Assembly: GCF_006345805.1 (NCBI RefSeq)
Contig: NW_021835987.1
Location: 186,001 to 250,000 of the forward strand
From: Octopus sinensis
Taxonomy: Eukaryota
DNA: 64,000 nt
Direction of reading: 5' to 3'
A model generated the notes under the pieces. The model was not told the DNA's origin, did not search any database, and saw only the letters and a list, made by a program, of their open reading frames with translations. The translations under genes and the position numbers were made by a program. Positions 24,858 through 38,383 of this stretch are shown piece after piece; position 1 is the first letter of the stretch, and every line of letters starts with the position of its first letter.

Positions 24858-25217
24858 ATATTTTTTTAAATGTCTTACTTTGAAAAATTGCATTCGGTGG
24901 GATTAGTAATATTTTTGGTAGAAATGACTAATTGTCCCTCTTAGCGTTTGGCATGTATGTATAATGCCTTTTGGCATGTATGTATAATGCCCTCTATATA
25001 TAAAGTAATATGTTCAATAAGAAATAATTATTTTCGAAATTTTTTCTCTTATGAGGTTTTTACGCTATCTACCTGACAATTTCTTGTTAAGTTTTCCTTA
25101 TTAAGTAGTTGTCCTTAATTGCTATATATATATATGTATATTAGTTGAGTGCGTAAAGTGCTTTTGGTATATTACGTTTCTATAAAAAAGAAATAGAAAA
25201 ATATATTTAGAACATAC

Positions 25218-25382
25218 CGAAATCCTTTCATTGAGAAATAATGTGGAGCGGTTGAAGATAGGTCATCCCATGGAGAGCTTTTCAAATTTGCATGAGAGAA
25301 CCAGCTTTCAAGGCTTAAATTTCGTCCATCGAAAATCATAGTCACAACAGAGGATTGTTTTTTTATAAATCACCAGTTTCAC
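25218..25382 (-). pseudogene. Copy B exon 3, defective
   Basis: Acceptor reads TG instead of AG; 165 nt vs 164 (A7 run, +1 frameshift); corrected frame VKLVIYKKQSSVVTMIFDGRNLSLESWFSHANLKSSPWDDLSSTAPHYFSMKGF. Confidence 0.85.
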
Positions 25383-26266
25383 CAGAAAAATAAAAGCAAA
25401 CGTATAACAGACACGCACTCGCGCACGCACACATACCATCCCCACCCGCCCGCCCGCAAAAAATAAACAGACACAGAAAAATAAAATTTATTGATGGTTG
25501 TTAGTCTAATGTCCAGTCCACATTTAACTCATCATTTCTTTGACCGCAAGGAATTAATAACATCTGTGCGTGTATATATATACACGAGTTAGCATACTAA
25601 CGAAAGAAGGGCACTCAACAAATTTTTTGGGAGCCGCCAATCCCCAACGCTTCACCATGCCAGTCTACCCGCTTACTTTTATCCTTTGTAAACAGGCATG
25701 CACACGTACACACACACACATATGTATGTATATATATATATATACACGAGCAAAACGCCCCCCCCCCGTCCAAAGGACTGAGCTGTCAAACATTTCAACC
25801 GAATTTTCTCAAAACAATGTGCCATACCGTCCTATAGGCCTTCCCTTTAAGAAACACTGATTTAACCTAAATTTGAGACACCAGCAAAAGAAGAAATAAA
25901 GAGAGACTTTTTTCTATTCCAAAGAAAAACGATTTTATTCACACAAATATGCAACCGAAGAGTTTAAATTACCAGTTATGATAAGGCTGCTGACTGGCAG
26001 AACACAGACATGGCTTAAACAGTAAGCATGGAAGGAAAGAAACGTGCCTTTAAGCAGTACAAAAACAACAAAAAATGTAAGGTGCAATTGACGGAAGAAA
26101 AGCAGGACAAAAATGGCTTTATCGATCGCACTCTCACCTGGAATCGATTTTTGTATTTTTTTCAAGATTTATACACGCCCTGATACCGTCGGTATCTACA
26201 TATCAAACTTCAGCCCAATCGGAAGAAGGATGCCCGAGATCCTAGAAAAAACACACAAACACACAA

Positions 26267-26385
<119 letters not shown>

Positions 26386-26801
26386 ATTAATATAGGATAA
26401 AATTTTTTTCGGGAAAAATTTTTTTATCAATGGTCAGTATATCAAAAAATGTCTTTAACTGTAAAATTTATACATAATTTATAACATAAGGGCAGAAGAA
26501 AAATTCTAATGACAAATATGCCGAAACAAAAAATTTTGTCGATAACCATTATAATTTAGAGATTTCTATCGGTTTGTTTCGAGACGCATAAATTATAATG
26601 GTTATCGACAAAATGTTTTGTTTCGGCATATTTGGCATTAGAATTTTTCTTCTCCCCTTATCTTGTAAATTATATATATATATATGTATATACGTGGACG
26701 TATATGTACATACACACACACGCATAAATACAAACGCCCACACCAATATACATACACACACATTCACATACGACGCCATTATGCATGCACAAATATGTAT
26801 A

Positions 26802-26878
<77 letters not shown>

Positions 26879-27267
26879 GTATATATATAATATTTAATGT
26901 AGGATAAAAATTTCTTTCGAAAAAAGTTTTATCGATGGCCAGCATATTAAGAAATACTTTTAAAGGTAAAAATTATAAACAACTTATAAATAAAGGCAAA
27001 CGAAAACATTTCTAATGCCAAATATGCCGAAAAATTGGCCATATTGTCCATTACCATATAATTTACCACAATACGCACGCTACTCGAAAAAAAGCCGACA
27101 GAAATTTCTAAAAAAAGTCCATTATTACCATATCGGACCGATTTCAGGGTTAGTTCTCCTCTATTTCTTTGCCACATGTATCACTGACGAAGGGAGGGTT
27201 CTTGCGAACTAACCAATTTTCGGCATATTTGGCATTATAAATTTTTTCATTTGCCTTTATTTGTAAG

Positions 27268-27332
<65 letters not shown>

Positions 27333-28040
27333 TATATGCACATATACATATTTGTGCACTTGAATACCATTCGCACTTGAATACCATTCGCGTGCTGGTG
27401 TATATGTACGTGTTTGCACGCGTGTACATATAGTAGTGTGGGCTTGTACAAGGGGTGTGGGTAAGCGGATGGACAGGAATGAACAAGCTTTAGGGACTGG
27501 TGATTGGCGGCCCTGCTCATGGTGGTTGGCTGATGTCAGTGAGCGTGGTTTAGTCGGTGCATGGAAGCAGCTGGTTGATAAGGTGGTATAATCGGGTTGC
27601 CGAGGCCAGTGGCTTGAAATTTACCAGTAGGGCATATATACACGCACACACACACACATATATATGCGTGCGAGTGGATAGTCAAGTGAACCATGCGCGC
27701 GCGTGTATCATATGCCAGCTTAATTTAATTCGTCCTTAGTCGAAAGACACTTGTTGTTATGTCCTGTTATTTGTATTTGTGTAATTTTCTCCGTCTTTTC
27801 CGTCCTTGTTTTCGTATACATTCGCTGCTTTGTTCCAAGGAATCTAATGCTCTTCGCATAGTTTTTTCCGAGGGGCTGGCCAGATTGGTGCAATCTCGAG
27901 TATAACCAGACGAAATTGCAAAGATAATCTGGAACTCGACTGCGGAAAGAAAACTCCGAATGATACGTCCTTGTTTTCTTAGTTCTCTCTTTCTTGTATC
28001 ATATAACTGTCTGGATGTTTTGCGTTCTTGTCCCATTTTG

Positions 28041-28099
<59 letters not shown>

Positions 28100-28659
28100 A
28101 ATTATAAATAAGGGCAAAAGAAAACAATATTTCTATGCTAATATGCTGAGAAGAGACTTTAAATCGCCAATTTCCACATTTCATTTTACATTCACTATAA
28201 ATACAGGACGTGCTGGAATCAAGGAAAGCTAGCTAACAAAATTTTTTTTAAAGTTCGTTATTTATGTATTGAATCAGTTTCGGGATTAATCTTGCTTATG
28301 CTTTTTTCCATGGGTTCTTGTAAATATTTCATTTATTTTTTATCGTATTTTCCCCATAAGAGGGAAGAATCAATAGGATTAATCCTGAAATTGATTCAAT
28401 ATAGAAATAACGAACTTTTAAAAAAAATTCTGTTAGCTAGCTGTCCTCAATTTCAGCACGAAGTGTATTTATAGTGAATGTAAAATGAAATGTGGAAATT
28501 GACGACTTAAAGTCTCCTCTCAGCATATTGGCATAGAAATAATTTTTCTTTTGCCCTTGTTTATAAGTTGTTTATAATTTTAACCTTTAAAGGTAATTTG
28601 ATATGCTGCCACCTTTGATAAAATTTTTTTCCTGAAAAAACTTTTATGCTATATTAGTA

Positions 28660-28732
<73 letters not shown>

Positions 28733-29173
28733 ATATTAGAGAGTGATCACTATGTGGTTCACTCTAGTGCTAAAAATAGCTCCGCTAATGGTATAGCCAC
28801 TTAAATGTAGTGGTATTTCTTCTTGGAAACAACTTTTAGTGGCTATACCATTAGCGGAGCTATTTTTAGCACTAGAGTGAATCACATAGTAGTCACTCTC
28901 TAATATTTATGTATAAATTTGTATTTTTCCCTTGGTTTTTATGTGCTAAGCCACTTGGTGTTAAATTGATGGTATTATTAAAATAATATCAAATTTTTCA
29001 CCCTCTTTTATAAATTTAATTATACTGCAGTAAATATTTTATGCAGTAATCGTTTCCAGTAAGTCTTATCGCCCTTTTGGCGGGGAAATTTGAATCATAA
29101 CTACGAATACAATCGATTAAACCGCACGTGTATTTGACGCTCGCTGCGACTTAATAAATTGTATTTAAGACAA

Positions 29174-29250
29174 AACTCTGCTGAAGATTTATGGATGTCG
29201 TGTAAGTAAAATTGCATATTACATTAATAATGAAACAATTGTTCAGGGTT
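29174..29250 (+). ncRNA. Type I hammerhead motif with long stem II (monomer 1)
   Basis: AACTCTG CTGAAGA [TTTATGGATGT...ACATTAATAAT] GAAA CAATTG TT CAGGGTT: 7-bp stem I, palindromic stem III, GUU triplet; U-U at the base of stem II. Confidence 0.65.
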
Positions 29251-29658
29251 AATCTATTTTTTCGTTGTGTTAAACTTACCTTACGTTAAATGTAGTGGTA
29301 TTTCTTCTTGGAAACAGCTTTTAGTGGCTATGCCATTAGCGGAGCTATTTTTAGCACTAGAGTGAACCACATAGTAGTCACTCTCTAATATTTATGTATA
29401 AATTTGTATTTTTCCCTTGGTTTTTAAGTGCTAAGCCACTTGGTGTTCAATTGATGGTATTATTAAAATAATATCAAATTTTTCACCCTCTTTTATAAAT
29501 TTAATTATACTGCAGTAAATACTTTATGCAGTACTCGTTTCCAGTAAGTCTTATCGCCCTTTTGGCGGGGAAATTTGAATCATAACTACGAATACAATCG
29601 ATTAAACCGCACGTGTATTTGACGCTCGCTGCGACTTAATAAATTGTATTTAAGACAA

Positions 29659-29735
29659 AACTCTGCTGAAGATTTATGGATGTCGTGTAAGTAAAATTGC
29701 ATATTACATTAATAATGAAACAATTGTTCAGGGTT
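29659..29735 (+). ncRNA. Type I hammerhead motif with long stem II (monomer 2)
   Basis: Identical to 29174-29250, 485 nt downstream. Confidence 0.65.
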
Positions 29736-29980
29736 AATCTATTTTTTCGTTGTGTTAAACTTACCTTACGTTAAATGTAGTGGTATTTCTTCTTGGAAAC
29801 AGCTTTTAGTGGCTATGCCATTAGCGGAGCTATTTTTAGCACTAGAGTGAACCACATAGTAGTCACTTTCTAATATTTATGTATAAATTTGTATTTTTCC
29901 CTTGGTTTTTATGTGCTAAGCCACTTGGTGTTCAATTGATGGTATTATTAAATTAATATCAAATTTTTCACCTTCATTTA

Positions 29981-30027
<47 letters not shown>

Positions 30028-30171
30028 TATATATGCATAGGGAGAGTTTACGAAAAAACAACAAAAGACAAAGACAGGTGGTGTAGAAAACAAACAGATG
30101 TATTAGTATAACGCTCAGGAATAGGAAAAGTCTTTTACGTTTCGAGCCTACGCTCATCTATAAATAAATAA

Positions 30172-30235
<64 letters not shown>

Positions 30236-30389
30236 AGGGAGAGTTTACGAAAAAACAACAAAGGACAAAGACAGGTGGTGTACAAAACAAACAGATGTAT
30301 TAGTATAACGCTCAGGAATAAGTAAAGTCTTTTACGTTTCGAGCCTACGCTCTTCTATAAATAAATATATATGTATATATATATAAATA

Positions 30390-30475
<86 letters not shown>

Positions 30476-30684
30476 TAAAATCGCGGTTAAAATTGCAGTT
30501 TTTAAGGGTAAAATATGCCTGAACCATATCTAAACTGATCTAAAATATAAGTTACCTTTATTACTATTACTATGATAAATGATAAAGTGTGTGTAAAGGA
30601 ATCTCATTTCGTGTGTGTGTGTTTGTGTGTGTGTGTGTAGGTGTAGGTGTGTGTGTGTGAGAGAGTGGAAGGGTGTATACATAC

Positions 30685-30863
30685 CTCATCAATGGCAAGA
30701 TGGTTCCAGAAATCCAGGATAGGATGTCGGAAGAAGTTCGGACAAAAGACACCGTGACGTTTGACCACATTCCAGGTTGAAGGACTTCTTAGATTCAAAA
30801 ATGGATTATAAACTTTCGAACCAGCTCCCATTGATAAGGCATATGTTTTAATCCATTGGCTAT
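30685..30863 (-). pseudogene. Copy B exon 2
   Basis: ttttag|...|gtatgt, 179 nt, open; first conserved Cys replaced by Arg (VKRHG vs DKCLG/DKCID/SECIG). Confidence 0.85.
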
Positions 30864-30919
30864 CTAAAATAACAACAACAACAATAATAATAATAATAGT
30901 AGTATAATAATAATAATAG

Positions 30920-31320
30920 GCGCAGGCGTGGATGTGTGGTAAGTAGCTTGTTTACCAACCACATGGTTCCGGGTTCAGTCCAATTGCGTGGCACCTTGGG
31001 CAGGTGTCTTCTACTATAGCCTCGGGCTGACCAAAGCCTTGTGAGTGGATTTGGTAGACGGAAACTGAAAGAAGCCCGTCGTATATATGTATATATATGT
31101 ATGCGTGTCTATGTTTGTGTGTCTGTGTTTGTCCCCCTAGCATTGCTTGACAACTGATGCTGGTGTGTTTACGTCCCCGTTACTTAGCGGTTCGGCAAAA
31201 GAGACTGATAGAATAAGTACTGGGCTTACAAAAGAATAAGTCCCGGGGGTCGAGTTGCTCGACTACAGGCGGTGCTCCAGCATGGCCGCAGTCAAATGAC
31301 TGAAAAAGTAAAAGAGTAAA
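30920..31320 (+). mobile_element. Family-2 SINE, near full length
   Basis: gcaggcgtggatgtgtggtaagtagc...gggttcagtccc head, ttgggcaggtgtctt core, tail repeats. Confidence 0.8.
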
Positions 31321-31457
31321 AGAGTAAGAGAGAGAGTAGTAATAATAATAATAATATCAATATTAATAATAATAGTAATAATAATAATAATAGTAATGAT
31401 AATAGTAATAAAAGTAGCAGTAGTAGTAGTAGTAGTTGTAATTATGATGATGATGAT

Positions 31458-31506
<49 letters not shown>

Positions 31507-32088
31507 GATGCAGTACCAGGCAGTGGCTCTCATGGCTTCTGATCTTAACTGATTGGAAGTGTTATCATGTACATTGTTTTGTCTTGGTATAAAAGATGGG
31601 CTACAGCAAATATTCTGCTCAATACCACAGATTTGCTTGTCAGTTGTTTGACCTAAACCAGTTGAGCATGTCCCTTAGTGGCTGACGATATGTGCATCTC
31701 TGATCACGAGCAGAAATAGTGGGGAGCATCATAGCCATGTGTTGAGAGGGATTCTTTGGGGTTTGAATATTTCACCTCTGGAAACATGGGTGGTTCTTTC
31801 AACATCCTTAAACAACCCTTATTCAAGGACCTTTTGAGCGGGATGGGCTACTCAACCTGAAGAAAATTCTAACTGGGCCCCACCTGCAAGGTCATGTGCT
31901 GTGTATCTTGATATGAGATCACCATGTCACGCACATATGGTTATGATGCATGTGCCTGGTGTACCTTTATCAGACGGGTAGTCATGATGGGTATATTGGG
32001 CTTCGTATATTTTACCCCAGTGTCACTTTGATGGCATAAACTGCTCTCTTACTTAATAATAATAATAATGATAATAATAATAAATAAA

Positions 32089-32134
<46 letters not shown>

Positions 32135-32369
32135 TTAATAATAATAATAATAATACTCTCTCTGTAATCCCAAGGTTTAAAACAAACTTTTTTAAAATTT
32201 ATTTATTTATTTTTTTTATGTATTAGACATTCACTAGTACAACACCAAAAAAAAAAAAACCCCAAAAAACCCAAATATATGGCACAGAACTTCCAACCTG
32301 TTGTCTCTTGAGGTCTCTGGGTGAGACTTGGAGCCAACTTGTACAGACATAAAGCAAAAGTCAAACATA

Positions 32370-32437
<68 letters not shown>

Positions 32438-32537
32438 TAATAATGATGGTAGTGGTAGTGGTGGTGCTGGTAGTGGTGGTGGTGGTGGTGGATGATGGTG
32501 ATGGTGATGGTGATGGTGGTGGTGATGGTGGTGGTGG

Positions 32538-32586
<49 letters not shown>

Positions 32587-33085
32587 AATAATAATAGTAC
32601 TCTGATGCAGTACCAAGCAGTGGCTCTCATGGCTTCTGATCTTAACTGGTTGGAAGTGTTATCAGGTACACTGTTTTGTCTTTGTAAAAAAGATGGTCTA
32701 CAGCAAATATTCTGCTCAATACCACAGATTTGTTTGTCAGTTGACCTTAATCAGTCAACCATGTCCCTTAGTGGCTGACGATATGTGCATCTCTGATCAT
32801 GAGCAGAAGTAGTGGGAGAGCATCATAGCCATGTGTTGAAAGGAATTCTTGGAGGTTTGGATAATTCACCTCTTCAGGGATTTTTTGAGCGGGATGGGCT
32901 ACTTGACCAGAAGGAAATTCTAACTGGGCCCCACCTACAAGGTCATACGCTGTTAACTTGATATGAGATCACCATGTCGCGCACATATGGTTGTAATGCG
33001 TGTGCCTGGTGTACCCTTATCAGACATGATGGGTATACTGGGCTTCGTATATTTTACCCCTATGTCACTTTGATGGTATGCATAC
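31507..33085 (+). mobile_element. Two more copies of the ~550-bp (TAA)n-associated element (31507-32054, 32600-33085)
   Basis: gatgcagtacc...ctgctctc unit bounded by (AAT)n. Confidence 0.8.
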
Positions 33086-33169
33086 ATACACACATACGTA
33101 CATGCACACTGACCCACACACATGCGCACAAACAAACAAAAAGGAACGCAGTGTAAATAACGGACAGAG

Positions 33170-33520
33170 TCAAGATTATTGAAAAGGTTGCAAGATATAA
33201 GTGGAAATTTTCCACTTATATGGAAATTATAAGTGGAAATTATAAGGCACAAAAAGAAAATGACTCTCCCCAGACACAACAGGATATGCTTCAACACAGG
33301 AACTCATATAAAGAATCTTGGAAACCAAATCCAAATACGAAATGATAATAGGAATTTAAAAAATGGTGGGAAGACAAACAACTTCCAGTGCTTGAAAATG
33401 ATCATATCTCACTCCTTTGGAACTTTACTGTTCAAACTGACAGAAATATAGATGCACGAGGCCAGATATTATAAGGAAGGATGTCAACCAAAAATCATGT
33501 TTCCTCATCCATATGATTGT
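33170..33520 (+). mobile_element. R4/Dong-like endonuclease-region fragment (mirror copy ~51590-51930, -)
   Basis: Frameshifted translation PVLENDHISLLWNFTVQTDRNID..RPDII resembles WDFTIQTD..RPD of RLE non-LTR elements. Confidence 0.65.
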
Positions 33521-33712
33521 CCCAAACAAGACCAACCAAAAGCTGTGCAAACTTAGAGGTCCGGCAAAAGGAGTCCGATATAATAAGTACTATGCTCACA
33601 AAGAATAAATCCAGGAGTCGATTTGTTCGACCAAAGGCGGTGCTCCAGCATGACCGCAGTCAAATGACTGAAACAAATAAAAAAAGAAGAAGAAGAAGAA
33701 TGCTTCACTTAC

Positions 33713-34040
33713 ATCTATAAAAGGAAATCTCGTTGGTGTCATTCGTGCTGACGACTGTCATTATATTCTTCGGTGAGTAATTCTTGCAAACACGACTGAC
33801 ATTGTTGTAAGGGAAGAATTCTGATTGGCTGCTTAGAGCGAGGCCGGCACATTCCAGCAGACTTCGTGTTGAATAGAATATTTCCGATGATGATGACTGA
33901 AGGTAATCATAAGAGTAGCCAGGAGGCAAACGTTCGTAGCTTGCTTCACGTTCCTGATCTGAGCTAACAACCAGAATGGTTGCAAGAGTTAACAGAAGCA
34001 CTGTTATCACAGCAGGATGGGTAACAGGAAACCGGGACAT
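33713..34040 (-). pseudogene. Copy B exon 1 (open frame; gene lacks a usable exon 3 and nearby exons 4-5)
   Basis: MSRFPVTHPAVITVLLLTLATILVVSS...LLECAG...RVCKNY...FYR; AGAT|GTAAGT; 328 nt. Confidence 0.85.
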
Positions 34041-34319
34041 ACTTGGCTCTATGATTGCTAGAGGGAGAAAGAAAGAGAAAAGAAATTATAAGAAAGAGAA
34101 TGCGAGAAAGAGAGAGAGAGATTCGGCAAAGTGGCGGAGAGAAATTTAATATATAAAGGAAGAAGGGGTAAGAGGGTACGAGTGATGATGGGAAACTGTT
34201 AGAGAGTAACAGGGAGAAATCCTGAAAGAGAGGAGGTAAATAAATTGAGAAAATGGAAAACGTTGATGTGAGATTGTTGTGGGGATGCCCCCAGATGACG
34301 AAGTAGGCTAGTGAAGGTT

Positions 34320-34660
34320 GTCTATATATAATGTATATTGAATGCAAGATACGATAATTTCATGACTTTGTAATGTACAAAATTAAGATTATTCTGCACA
34401 AATAAGTTAGAATACACTCAAATGCACAACAACTTAAAATCTTTGGGATTTAGACTTTCTATGGTGTTCTGTCTCAAGTTCATCCCTGTACAACATCTAA
34501 CATTAGTCAGCTAACATTCCTGCATTCCAAAATCCTTAATATCGTTGTTCCAGTGATGGGATATATTGATGAAATCGTTCACCTTGCTCATCAGACACTG
34601 CTCCAAGATTCTCTGCAAAAAAGTCCAGATGTGAATCAACGAAATGGTCTTTTAGTGCTG
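34320..34660 (-). mobile_element. DNA transposon 3' fragment, Chapaev3/CMC-like (family name tentative)
   Basis: SHLDFFAENLGAVSDEQGERFHQ...EQRY motif; longer copy at 48702-49210. Confidence 0.6.
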
Positions 34661-35910
34661 GGATGTATACCGTCATAGTTAAGAGCAGGACAGCAACATC
34701 GAGCTTCCAACACAGAAGAATGTAACGAAATAAAAACTTACCTTTGTTACTGATGAAGCTAACAATTATTTTTGGAAACATTAACGACAGTCGACTGTTG
34801 CCGGTTCTATCAACTGATGCCACTAAACTACCGATGAATCTGTACAAATGTCTGAATTGTTCACTTCACATTGACTTCAACAATCCTCTAAACTTCACAG
34901 CTATGCCAACCGTCCACTTCCGTCACTATTGTTCACTTGAGATCAGTCTAGTGAAAACATTTCTAACCTGAGTCGAAACTATATTCGATTGATAGCAAGC
35001 CTTACTTCATTAGATATACTTAAATGATTCAATATGTTTATTTACATATGTTTTTATACAAACACACATGTATATAACAGGACATGAAGAAGAACAAGAA
35101 AGGGGAAATATTCGAAACTATATTCGATCGATAGCAAGCCATACTTCATTAAATATACTTCATGGACTTCCGGTTTTTTCATCAGGATGTTTACTATGTG
35201 TAGGTGTGAATATTGCTGTTGGTGGTGGTGGGCGTTGGTTGTAGTAGTGGAGTGTTTAATGGGGCCTTGATAGGGATGTTGTATTTGTGGTGATGATTGG
35301 ATGATTTAAGGATATGATTTTTGCAAGCATGGTATTGGTGGTGCTGGTGGTGGTGGTGGTGGTGGTGGTGGTGGTGGTGGGTAGAGACAGTGATTTGTTG
35401 TACTGCGGTGATATGACAGTGGTTGTAAGGTGTTGGTTGTGGTGTTGGTGTTTGTGGTGAGATGTTGTAGGAAGGCAGAAGTAGCGCTGGTTATAGTGGT
35501 TGTGATGGTGGTAGTGGTAGTTATGTCAATGTTGCAGCTATTGTTGTGACTGTTGTTATGAGAGTGGCGGTGGTAGTGGTGGTGATAACAATGTTGAGGT
35601 TGTTGTTGGGACATGTTTTAGCTGTATAGGTGATAGTTGGTGATGGTAGCGTGGCTAATCCACTTAGCAAATACGGGAAGAAAAGGGCAGATCTTGTGAC
35701 CCCAACTTTTAAAACTGTAGCTGTAACTGCTAGAAACACATAGATCAAGTGTTAGCCATTGCGATGTATGGCAGGACATCGAACATATATGAAGGGCAAG
35801 GCACTTCAGCGAGGTCGAAATACTACAGGCAGAAGAAAAGAGAAAGAATATAAGAAAGAGACAAACACGCTCGTGCCGAGAGTAAGAGAGAGAGTTTGAG
35901 AGCTTGAGAG

Positions 35911-35952
<42 letters not shown>

Positions 35953-36835
35953 TGCTCTGATGGTGGGGCAGATGAAATCGACGTTTCTCAGATTCAGATA
36001 TCTCCAATCAAATTTACAATGAGACAAAGTACATGGCACGTAAAGTGTCGTCAAGCGCTCATTTTTTTCTGCTAGTCGAGCAATGAGTAGTTGGAAACCC
36101 CACCATACCATTCCATAGGGAATTAGTGGCCCTGGGCTTTAGCAAGAATCACACGGTTGGTCACTTCCGGGATACTTTCGATTCAGGACCAGTGGATAAT
36201 TTTCAGTGAACACTGACCTGGAATTCTTACCGAAACCGGAATTAACTCTACAAATATGGTAGTGTACTCAGTTCTGCTTTTACTCATACAAGGCCCAATC
36301 GTTTAAGCAGGATTCGATACAATAATGAAGGTAACCCCGCCGCCTTTTTAGGGAATGGAAAGTCACGCAGATTTTCTCTTTCTGGGAGATATGTTGAAAT
36401 TAGTTTTGTAATGAAGAGAACTGAAATGGCTAATAAGAGACACAAGTTCCTCTTTGGCCGAGCCCTTTTCAACGTTTGTGAATTCTAGCTGAAGAGGAAG
36501 GGGAGGACGAATGGGGAGGTGCAGCCCACGGCCAGTAAAACAGTTGAAAGTTGTGTAAAAGTGGCGAGGACAGCCTGAGGTGTGGGGCCTACATTAAGCT
36601 CTTGCTTGTAGGATAGCGGGGGCTATAGTTTGTGGGTCATTGATGGGATCTCTGGTGGTTCCTTGATTACCCTAAAGGTGACCGCATCCACCCACTATCG
36701 GGAATTTGGTTATAATAATTTTCTTGATAATTATTGTGTTGTATTATTTTTGTATTGTGATTATGCAAATATCCGCTGACCATTGTAATATCCTAACTGT
36801 TTTTGCGGTCCTTAGGGAGCAAAAAATCAAAAATT

Positions 36836-36866
<31 letters not shown>

Positions 36867-38021
36867 AAATGAAACATACAATAAAATATTGATCAGGTAA
36901 GTTTTTGATCAAATGATTCCAATATGTTTATTTACATATGTTTTTATACAAACACACAGGTATATACATGAACAGGACATGAAGAAGGACAAGAAAGGTG
37001 AAATATTCAATAACATAAAACTAGATACGTCATATTTGAATATAATGGTGGTTGCCACATTCGGATTGACTTTTATTATTGATCTTCTATACCATGATTG
37101 ACCTGATGCGAAACATCAACATCAGTAAATTGAAGATCAGAGGAGATTTGTTATTCATCTTAATAAATATTTTATAAAATATAATAGAATGCAATATAAA
37201 TTATATTGCAATACTTGGGTATATTCAAATTTGGAATGAAATAGCAGTGAGGGGTACAGGAGGCCCGGGATGTGTAGTGAGTGTTTGAAATATGCGGTTC
37301 CTAAATGAAGACAGATGTTAAAGAATGTCTCTGGGAGATGGTCACTCTTCTATAAAACCAGATAATGAAGAAATGACATTGAATATTTTATAAACCTTTT
37401 GATTGTGTTTGAGATAACGATGGTCCCACATTTCTAAGACGGTGACCCGTACTGGTTCGGGGTATCTTGCACTGGCTTCTCTGTGAATCATGACACCTAC
37501 TGTGGATAGGGTTTGTGAGGTGTTGTGCTAGCTTTATTGGAGCCAAAATTATGTGATGCGCAATCGCAGGGGAGGCGAATTTCCGATGGACGGTCACGTA
37601 TGGGGCGCTACAGAACAAGCATGAAAGCCACAGGTGCGAATCCAGGTGAAGCTGGTGTCGTCTTCAATGATCAGTGATGGTCTTCTTCGGTCACGGGTGG
37701 CTATCATCTGACAACATTAAACAATGGTAAATGGCTATTTATGATTTAAACCATAAATCCCAAAATAAACCACAAAAATAACGACTTCCCCTTTAAAAGC
37801 ACGTGTGTTTCGAAAGGTAACAGGAAAGCGCTCACCCTCTAGCAAAAAAAAGGGTTCTACACAAAATAGGTTAGTTATATCCCCATAAAAGATTTCATAA
37901 CATTATTTTTATAAAAATCACCTTTACACTTCATAAACTGTGTGAAGTAATTCTCATAGACTTTCATATCTCTCTCTCTCTCTCCCCTCTTTATTCCCCC
38001 CCTCTCTCTCCCCTCTCCCTC

Positions 38022-38068
<47 letters not shown>

Positions 38069-38383
38069 GTCTATGGCCGCAGCATTTCCTGTTTTGCATG
38101 GTTCTTTATGGGAATTCGCGTGTTGAAACATATTTTGTTGTGGCTGAGAAGATTTATTCAGCATTAATAACTAACACGCTCTTCGGTTCAATTTACACTT
38201 CTTTTTTGTTTTGTGACAAAAGTAAATAAGTATAAGAATGAGTGGAAATTGAACCGGTGAGTGTGTTAAATATTAACGCAGTATGACACTCTCCATAACC
38301 AACTATATATATACATATAAATATATATATATATATATATAGGGTCAGTTCGTTTCATCCAGGTCGAATCCTAGCGCGCATAA

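Larger units (their letters stand above)
23899..25123. mobile_element. Retrozyme-like insertion in (TA)n: one inverted monomer (23899-24381) plus ~1.5 direct 481-bp monomers (24386-25123)
   Basis: gtcttactttg recurs at 24391 and 24872; 23899-24381 is the reverse complement of 24518-25003; absent from the paralogous (TA)n at ~55318-55384. Confidence 0.9.
28729..29975. mobile_element. Second retrozyme-like insertion in (TA)n: 73-bp inverted 5' piece plus ~2.4 direct 485-bp monomers
   Basis: ttaaatgtagtgg at 28801, 29286, 29771; 28729-28801 is the reverse complement of 28838-28910; absent from the paralogous site at ~53570-53690. Confidence 0.9.

Noticed and set aside
27184-27215. CTGACGA...GAAC hammerhead-like string (similar weak strings at ~27940, ~54390, ~56690)
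   Set aside because: GAAA box altered and no convincing stem I or stem III
28801-29975. CRISPR-like array
   Set aside because: Whole-unit tandem repeats with no unique spacers, in eukaryotic DNA
35306-35748. Thr/Pro/His-rich ORFs as a functional mucin CDS
   Set aside because: Stops and frameshifts differ among the three copies and the tract may be decayed (ACC)n; mentioned only as context for the pseudo-exon finding
36100-37720. GC-richer non-repetitive stretches (36100-36700, 37300-37720) as coding sequence
   Set aside because: All frames are interrupted and no motif was recognised; possibly old retroelement debris, needs a BLASTx/Dfam search
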